Source of the DNA: an uncultured delta proteobacterium
Lineage (GTDB): Bacteria; Desulfobacterota; Binatia; Binatales; Binataceae
Assembly: GCA_963842085.1 (NCBI GenBank)
Contig: CAWJET010000001.1
Location: 1,344,001-1,408,000, forward strand
DNA: 64,000 nt
Direction of reading: 5' to 3'
The stretch's first letter is position 1. Each line of letters begins with the position of its first letter. The notes beneath the pieces were generated by a model, which was given only the letters and a program-made list of their open reading frames with translations, was not told the origin of the DNA and searched no databases. Shown one piece after another: positions 48,708 to 56,258 of the stretch. Position numbers and translations under genes: made by a program.

Positions 48708-50014
48708 GGCGTGCGCGCTTTCGTTGGTTGCGCCTGCAGCGGGAATTCCGCGACGAGCGTAAGTCCCCGACGGCCGTCGGTGAACCGCGCCTCGGTCCGG
48801 CCTCCCGCCGCTTCCGCCATCGCCCGCGCGATATACAGTCCGAGTCCGCGCGCCGTGCTGCGATCGCCGTTTCGGCTTGGGCGCTGGAACAGCCCCTCGC
48901 GCTCGGCCGCTGAAAGCGACGGGCCGTTGTCGGTGACCTCGATCGCGATCGCTTCGTTTCGCACCCCCGCGCGCAGCCAGACCTCGCCGGTCGCCGTCCT
49001 TCCGATCGCATAGGCGAGCATGTTTCTCACGATCCGTTCGAAATGCCGGCGGTCGAGTTTGCACGCCGGCAGCCGCGCGATCTCGACCCGCAGATTCAGG
49101 CGCCGCCGCTGCGCCTGCAGCGCACAATCCTCCGCGACTTCGCGGAGCACCTGGTTCGTATCCAGTTCGACTGGCGCCGGGATGATGGCCTCGTCCTGCG
49201 CCTCGTAGTAGTCCAGCACGTTGCTCACCACCAGGTCCATGTTCCACGCAGTCGAGCCGATCCGTCCGAGCAGGTCTGTCCGTTCCTTCGCGCTCATGTC
49301 CGATTCCTCGAGCAGGCTGACGTAGCCGCTCAGCGCCGCGACCGGGCTGCGGATGTCATGCGCCATCGTGGCGATCTGCGTCTGCCGAAACCGCGCCGCT
49401 TCCTCGAGATCCTCTACCTGTTTCTTGAGGCGCCGGCGGTATCGTTCGATGAAGATCGCCGTGTATTGCGCGAAGATTAACGCCGCGGCGAGCCCCATCC
49501 ATCGGTACATCCCGTATGGCGTTTCGATCGGCACGAAATATTCGCCCGCCGCGTAGCCCAGAACCGCCGTGAGCGCCATCGCGAACTGCCAGCGCGTGCC
49601 CCAGCTCACGAACGCCGCGGTTGCCAGCGGACACAACATGATCGCGACGAAGCGTGACTCGGGGTCTCCTGTCGCCCGGCTGATCACGATGAACATCGCG
49701 ATCAGAAACACGTTGTAGACCAGGATCCAGAATCTCCAACGCCGCCTGAAAGCGCGCGTCCAGACCAGGCCGAAGAACAGGCAGGTGGCTCCCAGGATCA
49801 GCCAGTGCGGCCCTGTCCCCGGCGCATTCGTTCCGCGCACATGCTGATCGTACGCAAGGTACGCCAGCAGCATGAAGATTCCGAGCGCACCGCCAAGCTT
49901 CAGGACTCGCAGCGATTCCTCGTCATCTTCGGTCCAGCTGAAGTCCGAAGTGGCGCGGCCGGGCTCGTTATACGTTCGCCCGTATGAGCCGTTGTCTTTG
50001 CTTTCCTCCGCCAA
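48704..50014 (-). CDS. Membrane-bound histidine kinase-like protein
   Basis: About 5 TM, MAHDIRSP, DNGP, GLGL; N-box degenerate. Confidence 0.85.
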   Translation of the reverse strand: MAEESKDNGSYGRTYNEPGRATSDFSWTEDDEESLRVLKLGGALGIFMLLAYLAYDQHVRGTNAPGTGPHWLILGATCLFFGLVWTRAFRRRWRFWILVYNVFLIAMFIVISRATGDPESRFVAIMLCPLATAAFVSWGTRWQFAMALTAVLGYAAGEYFVPIETPYGMYRWMGLAAALIFAQYTAIFIERYRRRLKKQVEDLEEAARFRQTQIATMAHDIRSPVAALSGYVSLLEESDMSAKERTDLLGRIGSTAWNMDLVVSNVLDYYEAQDEAIIPAPVELDTNQVLREVAEDCALQAQRRRLNLRVEIARLPACKLDRRHFERIVRNMLAYAIGRTATGEVWLRAGVRNEAIAIEVTDNGPSLSAAEREGLFQRPSRNGDRSTARGLGLYIARAMAEAAGGRTEARFTDGRRGLTLVAEFPLQAQPTKARTP

Positions 50015-50077
50015 TCAGGTTCCCCCCGATCTTTTCCCGCGCCGGTTATCGAAAACCATCTCCCGAATAGCGTGACC

Positions 50078-51277
50078 TCAGCGCCGGATTTCATCAAGCG
50101 CTTTCTTCATCGCGCTCAATGCAAAGTCGACCTCGTCCGGCCTGATCGTCAGCGCCGGCGCTAGCCGGACAACGTCGTCCGCGTTCAGCGTCCAGTTCAC
50201 GACCACCCCGCGCGCCAGCGTCGCCGCAACGAAGCGCCGCGCCAGCGCCGCGTCGCGAAACTCGATACCCACGATCAGCCCGAGCCCGCGCACCGCCGCG
50301 ATTTCCGGCGCGCGCATCTCCAGCAGTCGCCGCACCAGCTCCTTGCCAATCGTCGCGGCGCGCTCATGCAGGCGCTCGCGCACGATCGCGTTCAGGGCTG
50401 CTAGTCCGGCCGCGCACGAAAGCGGATGGCCGCCGAAGGTCGTGATGTGCCCGAGCGGCGGATCGTGCGAGAGCGTGCCAAGCAGCTCGTCACGGCTGCA
50501 CAACGCGCCCAGCGGCAGACCGCCGCCGAGTGCCTTGGCCATCACCACGATGTCAGGCACCACGCCAAAGTGCTCGAGCGCAAACATCCTGCCGGTGCGG
50601 CCAAAGCCCGTCAGCACCTCGTCGAAAATCAGCAGCGCGCCGGCGCTGTCGCATCGTTCACGAAGCGCGCGGATGAATCCCATCTCCGGGATGCGCACGC
50701 CGCCCTCAGCCTGCACCGGCTCGACGACCACCGCCGCGATCGTCGAATCGATTTTCTCAAGCGCCGCTACGTTACCGAACGGCAGATGCCGCACCGGCCC
50801 GGGCAGGGCGCCAAACGGCTCGCGCATCGCGCGATTTCCAGCCAGCGCGAGCGCGCCCATCGTGTCGCCGTGATAGGCGCCGTCGAACGCGACGAATCCG
50901 GCGCGTCCGGTGAACTTGCGCGCCACCTTCAGCGCGCATTCGATCGCTTCCGCCCCGCTGTTGGTGAAATACACACGCTCGAGCGGCCGCGGGAGAAGCT
51001 CGACCAGCCGCCGCGCCAGCATAACCTGGCTCTCGATCACATACTCGCCGTATACCATAACGTGCAGATGGCGACGCGCCTGCTGTGCAATCGCGTCGAG
51101 CACTTCGGGATATCCGTGGCCCAGCGCCGACACTCCAATTCCCGCGATGAAATCGAGATAGCGCCGCCCGTCCGACGCGATCAGCCACGAACCCTCGGCG
51201 CGCGATATCTCCAATCCGATCGGTGCGCCGGAAGTCTGCGCCAGGTACTGGCGGAAATAATCGCCGAGTTGACTCAT
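50078..51277 (-). CDS. Class-III PLP aminotransferase (ArgD/omega-TA-like)
   Basis: YLDFIAGI, NSGAEA, YHGDT, EPVQAEGG, FDEVLTGFGRTG, AKALGGG, TTFGGHP. Confidence 0.94.
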   Translation of the reverse strand: MSQLGDYFRQYLAQTSGAPIGLEISRAEGSWLIASDGRRYLDFIAGIGVSALGHGYPEVLDAIAQQARRHLHVMVYGEYVIESQVMLARRLVELLPRPLERVYFTNSGAEAIECALKVARKFTGRAGFVAFDGAYHGDTMGALALAGNRAMREPFGALPGPVRHLPFGNVAALEKIDSTIAAVVVEPVQAEGGVRIPEMGFIRALRERCDSAGALLIFDEVLTGFGRTGRMFALEHFGVVPDIVVMAKALGGGLPLGALCSRDELLGTLSHDPPLGHITTFGGHPLSCAAGLAALNAIVRERLHERAATIGKELVRRLLEMRAPEIAAVRGLGLIVGIEFRDAALARRFVAATLARGVVVNWTLNADDVVRLAPALTIRPDEVDFALSAMKKALDEIRR

Positions 51278-52500
51278 CGCTGTTTCACCATCATGTCGAC
51301 GAACTCGCCGCCACCGTGGCGCCAATCAAGCGGCGGCGATTGCATCTCACCGGGCGCACATACGTACGGTATCCCGATTGCTCTGACCGTGGCGCCTATG
51401 TCGGCGGCTTCCGATTCATTGCCGGCGACCGCCATCGCTTCGATCCGTTTGGACACACCCGCGATGCAATCGCGAAACGCTGCGAGATCGCGCACCGCGG
51501 TCACGTGCACCGTCCTGAAGCCCGGCGAAATTTTGAATGGATCGTTCAAGCCAGGAAGCGGCTCGAAAACCACCGTCCATTCGAGTCCTCGACCCTCAAA
51601 CAGCGCGACCGGCTCGCCCGCAAGCGCACGCCAGCGCGCACGCTCCCGCACTGCACGTATTTCAATAGCATCGCGCAACGGGATACGCGCCGGCGGCATC
51701 GATTCCCCGATACGTTCAAGCGCCCCTGATATTCGGATCGCCAGCTCGCGCGCCGCACCGCCATCCGGACTCACCACGAACACCTGATGGAGCGACAGGC
51801 AGCCCAGTTGCTCGAACAATGCGACGTCGCGCGCGAGCGACTCTGCGACACGGGCAATTCGCGACGGATCGATCCCACCGGGAGCGACTACCGCAGCGCT
51901 GACCCGGCTGCCAAATCCGATTACGTTAGGCCGATGCAGCGACTCGATCGTCGCGTCGTCGCCATACGCCGCCACCAGTTCGCAGTTCGCAATCAACGCG
52001 GCGGTCAGGTCGGTGCGCGCGCGGCTCCAGTGAGAAACTTCGATGCGCGCGCCGGCGTCGGGCTCGATCTCGGCGAGAGTGCGCGCAAACTCCGCAAAAA
52101 ATACCGGCTCGGCCGAGGCGGTTTTGATCAGCACACCTGCGCCCGCCACCAGGGCGATCGCAATCTCATGCATTCCGGCGCCCGCGACGTTGCCCGCGGC
52201 GATGAACCCTACCGTCTGTGGCCTGCCCGTCGCGTCGCAGGCCGAAATTCGCGCCGCAATCGACTTTAATGCGTCGCCAGTGAATGGCCTCAGTAGCGCG
52301 CCGATCGACTCTTCCAGCATCGCGACGGAATATCCCGCCGAGTGCGCGATTGCAGCGACCGCATCGCGCCGGCGCGCGTAATTGCGGTTGCGCCATAGTG
52401 CGAATGCGCGCGCTAGGGCGTCGGCCATCCGCTCCGCGCTCGGCCCGGCATTTTCTGCTACTCGCATTCGCACCGCGCTGGACGCCGGCGTCGCGCTCAT
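51274..52500 (-). CDS. LuxC-like acyl-CoA/acyl-protein reductase
   Basis: IAAGNV, AYGDDATI, GFGSRVS, DVALFEQLGCLS (catalytic Cys position). Confidence 0.85.
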   Translation of the reverse strand: MSATPASSAVRMRVAENAGPSAERMADALARAFALWRNRNYARRRDAVAAIAHSAGYSVAMLEESIGALLRPFTGDALKSIAARISACDATGRPQTVGFIAAGNVAGAGMHEIAIALVAGAGVLIKTASAEPVFFAEFARTLAEIEPDAGARIEVSHWSRARTDLTAALIANCELVAAYGDDATIESLHRPNVIGFGSRVSAAVVAPGGIDPSRIARVAESLARDVALFEQLGCLSLHQVFVVSPDGGAARELAIRISGALERIGESMPPARIPLRDAIEIRAVRERARWRALAGEPVALFEGRGLEWTVVFEPLPGLNDPFKISPGFRTVHVTAVRDLAAFRDCIAGVSKRIEAMAVAGNESEAADIGATVRAIGIPYVCAPGEMQSPPLDWRHGGGEFVDMMVKQR

Positions 52501-53615
52501 CGCAAAGCTCCCGCCGCTTCAGTCGCGGAGAATTGCCCGATCCCGAGTGCGCAGCCGCGAGCTTCTCCACCTGCCCCTCTACCCAGCACGCGAACCCGGC
52601 CCTGCTCGACCCAGCCCAGGTCTTCCGTCATCACGGCGGACACCGAGCCGACGTTGGCCAGATCGAAAAATGTGAGCAGTCCGATCTCACCGTCAGGCAT
52701 CAGCCGCAGCGTGCTCGGATCCCGCGCCGTCACACGCAGCCATGGCGGCCGAATTTTGTACCGGACTTTCGGATATTCTTGCGTATTCGACACGCCCGGG
52801 CAGGTGAACGCCGTCGCGTCGTAGAGCTGCGAGCACAATTCCGTCATCCCGTATTCGTTGATAACCATCGACGGCGCGAGCGCGAGCAATTCTCCCGCCC
52901 GCGCAATCACCTCCGAGGCTTGCATCGCCACGGCCTGCCCTTTCGCCCCGCCGGTATCCATCATCCGCGAACCCGGCGCGAGCCGAAGTTTGACCCCAGC
53001 GTTGCGCAGCTCGGAAAACAGCGCAGCAAAGGCAGCCGTGGTCCCCAGGGTGCAGACCGGTTCGCGCAGCGCCTCGCAGCCGCTAAGAAACGCGGTCGCC
53101 GCTTTAACATCGACACGGTCGCGCGACGCCGCTGCGAGGTGCGTCCGCGTACCGAATTCCTCGATACACCAGCTCACCATTGCTGCCAGCGACGACTCCG
53201 GCATCACGTCCGCCGTCGGATGCATCGCGAGTATCGCCATCCGTCGAGCGTCGGGAAACAGCATCGTCCGCAGATGGGCGATGGCAGAGGCGCGATAAAT
53301 CTCGGGGCGCACGACAATATGACGTCCGCGGCGTTCACGCCCCTGCGTGGTCCCGCTGGTGAGAAACACGCAGGCGTCGGGCGATCGCGCGGCGCCATCC
53401 GCCGCAAGGTCGGCGTACTTGAACGCCACATTGCTGACCGCGGGGACGTCGTCCACGCTGCGCACCGCCCCGGGACCAACGCCGCGCCCCTCGCAATAGC
53501 GCCGATACGCGCCAACCGTCTCGAATTGATGACGAAAAACCTCCAGCGCGAGCCGCTCGAACGACGCGGGCTCGGGCCTGTGGATAAAGGTGAGGACCTG
53601 TTCGTAGATGGACAT
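52497..53615 (-). CDS. LuxE-like acyl-protein synthetase
   Basis: FLTSGTT, DTGGAKG, EYGMTELCSQ, DLAN, TEDLG, C-terminal RGC. Confidence 0.88.
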   Translation of the reverse strand: MSIYEQVLTFIHRPEPASFERLALEVFRHQFETVGAYRRYCEGRGVGPGAVRSVDDVPAVSNVAFKYADLAADGAARSPDACVFLTSGTTQGRERRGRHIVVRPEIYRASAIAHLRTMLFPDARRMAILAMHPTADVMPESSLAAMVSWCIEEFGTRTHLAAASRDRVDVKAATAFLSGCEALREPVCTLGTTAAFAALFSELRNAGVKLRLAPGSRMMDTGGAKGQAVAMQASEVIARAGELLALAPSMVINEYGMTELCSQLYDATAFTCPGVSNTQEYPKVRYKIRPPWLRVTARDPSTLRLMPDGEIGLLTFFDLANVGSVSAVMTEDLGWVEQGRVRVLGRGAGGEARGCALGIGQFSATEAAGALR

Positions 53616-53936
53616 CGGCTTCGCGCAACGGGCCGGGTGCGAATGATCATGGCACCGCCGCCCACGCCCATTCAATCCCGCGTCGGCGTCTCTGGACTAG
53701 GAAATGCCTATATTTACGCGGCTCTCGAAATGTTCTAAGCTTTGTGCCGTTGTTGGGTGGCGGGTAGGCCTCGGCAGCGGCCAGCGGGCCGGGTAGCGGG
53801 GTGTTCGGCAGGTTACAGCGCTATTACTTAATCATTAGTCGCCGGCCTCAGCCTACACTAGGTTGTAACAATTTTGCGCCAGCTGCATACTTTTGCTAAA
53901 CAGGTTACCATCGGCTCGGGGGAGAAACATCGCGAA

Positions 53937-54350
53937 ATGAAAAAATTCGCCGCCGGCGTAATGCTAGGCTTCCTGGCCAGCTGGGCAGTTGCTTTTGCTT
54001 CGTCCAACGTGACGCACAATGGCAATTTCTGGAACCGCCTCAATAGCGCCGCCAAAGACGGTTACGTCAATGGCTATTCCGATGCGATGCGGGTGAGCGT
54101 CGGCAAACTCGACGTGCTTAACTCGGCTGCCGATCTGTTTCATTGGAAGGGCGCCCGCCGCATTATCCATCAGCTCTCGGGGCAGCTTTCGATGGGCGAG
54201 ATGAGTGCGAATCAGGCGGTCAAGCGGCTCGACGAGCTCTATTCGAATCAGAAGTACAGCGAGCTCGACCTCGGCGAGGCGTTGCAGACGCTCTCGATTC
54301 GTGCCAACGAAACTGCGATTCCCAATGCGTCCGTGAAGGGCGCGAAGTAA
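53937..54350 (+). CDS. Secreted hypothetical protein
   Basis: MKKFAAG..AVAFA signal peptide, GGAG SD, terminator downstream. Confidence 0.75.
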   Translation: MKKFAAGVMLGFLASWAVAFASSNVTHNGNFWNRLNSAAKDGYVNGYSDAMRVSVGKLDVLNSAADLFHWKGARRIIHQLSGQLSMGEMSANQAVKRLDELYSNQKYSELDLGEALQTLSIRANETAIPNASVKGAK

Positions 54351-54371
54351 ACACGCTCGATTTTCTGATCC

Positions 54372-54404
54372 GGGGCGGTCTCGTGAGGGGCCGCCTCTTT
54401 TTTT
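54372..54404 (+). terminator. Rho-independent terminator
   Basis: GGGGCGGTCTC-gtga-GGGGCCGCCTC then a T-run. Confidence 0.8.
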
Positions 54405-54477
54405 CCGCCGCACGCTTGAACGATCGCGCTTGAAACCGCGAGTCCGCGGTCCTAGCCTAATTCGCGGGATATCCGTC

Positions 54478-55386
54478 GTGAACGCGCCTCCATTTCTGCT
54501 CGAAAAAGTTCTCCGCGCCACCGTCGGCGTTCACTCGCACATCCCCTCGACCCACGTCTCGACCGCAATTGGCCTCGGCACCGACCGCCGCGGCACCGGC
54601 ACCGTCGTCAGCCCCGACGGACTCATCCTCACGGTCCACTACCTGTTGCTCGGCGCGAAAAACGTGATCGTCACGATGCCCGGGGGCGAGCAACTCGAAG
54701 CGAAGATCGTAGGCAAGGACTACAGCACCGGCATCGGCCTGCTGAAGATCGATAGCGGCAATGTCCCCTGCGTCGAAGTCGTGTCGTCGGAAAAATGCGT
54801 CGTCGGGCAGGAGGCATTCACCGTCTCGAGTCTCGGCGGCGAGAAGCGATGCGCCGACTGCGGCGTCATCACTTATCTCGGTCCCTTCGACGCGGTTTGG
54901 GAGTTCGTGCTCGACAAATGCGTCTGCGTCACCGCCTCGTCGCTGAGCATCGGGATGAGCGGCGGACCGATCTGCAATCTCCAGGCGCAAGTGATCGGCG
55001 TTTCATACCTGAACTTCGCCGACCTGAGCCGCGCGATTCTCGGTGTGCCGGGCGAGAGCTTCCTCGCCGTCCGCGACGAACTGGTCAAACACGGCCGGCG
55101 CACCACCGCCGTGCCGCGCGCCTGGCTCGGCGTACTCTCCTACACGCTGCGCGAGCACGTCGTGATCGCGGGCGTGATGCCCGGCGGTCCCGGCGAAAAG
55201 GCCGGCCTGCAGCAGGGCGACCTGGTCATTTCGATCGACGACACCGACGTGAACGACCGCCGCGTGCTCTACGACGCACTCCGCAACCATCGGCCCGGCC
55301 GGAACGTCAATCTCAAGGTCCTGCGCAACAATCGCATTTACCAGCTCGACATCCCCGCCATCCGCGCCGAAGATTACTTCGCCTAA
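54478..55386 (+). CDS. S1C/HtrA-like serine protease with PDZ domain
   Basis: GTGTVVSPDGLILTVH, GMSGGP, PDZ (WLGV..AGLQQGDLV). Confidence 0.85.
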   Translation: MNAPPFLLEKVLRATVGVHSHIPSTHVSTAIGLGTDRRGTGTVVSPDGLILTVHYLLLGAKNVIVTMPGGEQLEAKIVGKDYSTGIGLLKIDSGNVPCVEVVSSEKCVVGQEAFTVSSLGGEKRCADCGVITYLGPFDAVWEFVLDKCVCVTASSLSIGMSGGPICNLQAQVIGVSYLNFADLSRAILGVPGESFLAVRDELVKHGRRTTAVPRAWLGVLSYTLREHVVIAGVMPGGPGEKAGLQQGDLVISIDDTDVNDRRVLYDALRNHRPGRNVNLKVLRNNRIYQLDIPAIRAEDYFA

Positions 55387-55410
55387 AATAATTTCAGGGA
55401 GCGTCTCCCG

Positions 55411-56253
55411 ATGAATGAACAGAGATCGCGCCTGCGCGAGTTTCTCGCCCGCCCCGAAATGATCGTCGCGCCATTCGTGTTCGATTGCATCCAGGCGAAA
55501 CTCGCCGCCGCCGCCGGCTTCGAGGCCGTCTACATGACCGGCTTCGGCACCGCCGCCGCGCGCGGATATCCCGACCTGGGACTGCTCACGATGTCGGAAA
55601 TGGTCGCCAATGCGCGCGCGATCGCGCGGTCCGTAAACGTCCCCGTCATCTGCGACGCCGACACCGGCTACGGCAACCCCCTCAACGTATGGCGCACCGT
55701 GCGCGAGTACGAAGACGCCGGCGCGGCGGCCCTGCACATCGAGGACCAGGTGTTTCCCAAGCGATGCGGTTTTCTCGCGGGCAAGCAGGTCATCGCGCCC
55801 GAGGCGATGGTGCCGAAAGTGCGGGCGGCCTGCGACGCGCGCCGCGATCGCAATCTCGTCATCATCGCGCGCACCGACGCGTTGCAGCCCAACGGATGGG
55901 ACGACGTCGTGCGTCGCGCGCGGGCCTACCGCGCCGCGGGAGCAGATCTGGTCTTCGTCGATGGAATCAAAACCCTCGATGACCTGAAGCGCTACTCCGA
56001 GAAGCTCGGTGACCTGCCGCTCGTCTACAACGGCGACCTGCTGCCAATCGACGAACTGAAAAAGTACCCATTCAAAGTCACCATCCACATCGGAACGATG
56101 CTGACCATCTTCGACGCGATGCGCACCGCTATGGCCGAACTGAAGCGCAGCGGCAAACTCAGCGTCGGCGCCGGCTCGAACGTCTTCGAAGACTTCGTCC
56201 GCACGATGGGCGTGGCCGATTATCAGTCACTCGAAAAAAAATACACCGACTAG
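55411..56253 (+). CDS. Isocitrate lyase/PEP mutase superfamily (PrpB-like)
   Basis: GYPDLG, DADTGYG, IEDQ..KRCG, ARTDA. Confidence 0.92.
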   Translation: MNEQRSRLREFLARPEMIVAPFVFDCIQAKLAAAAGFEAVYMTGFGTAAARGYPDLGLLTMSEMVANARAIARSVNVPVICDADTGYGNPLNVWRTVREYEDAGAAALHIEDQVFPKRCGFLAGKQVIAPEAMVPKVRAACDARRDRNLVIIARTDALQPNGWDDVVRRARAYRAAGADLVFVDGIKTLDDLKRYSEKLGDLPLVYNGDLLPIDELKKYPFKVTIHIGTMLTIFDAMRTAMAELKRSGKLSVGAGSNVFEDFVRTMGVADYQSLEKKYTD

Positions 56254-56258
56254 ACGCG

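Noticed and set aside
47703-49247. Long N-terminal extension on thiL, and likewise on the ORFs at 14374-15846, 45193-46701 and 43104-44528
   Set aside because: The extensions overlap real upstream genes out of frame; coupled starts exist at the junctions
51274-53615. Bioluminescence operon
   Set aside because: No luxA, luxB, luxD or luxG in the window
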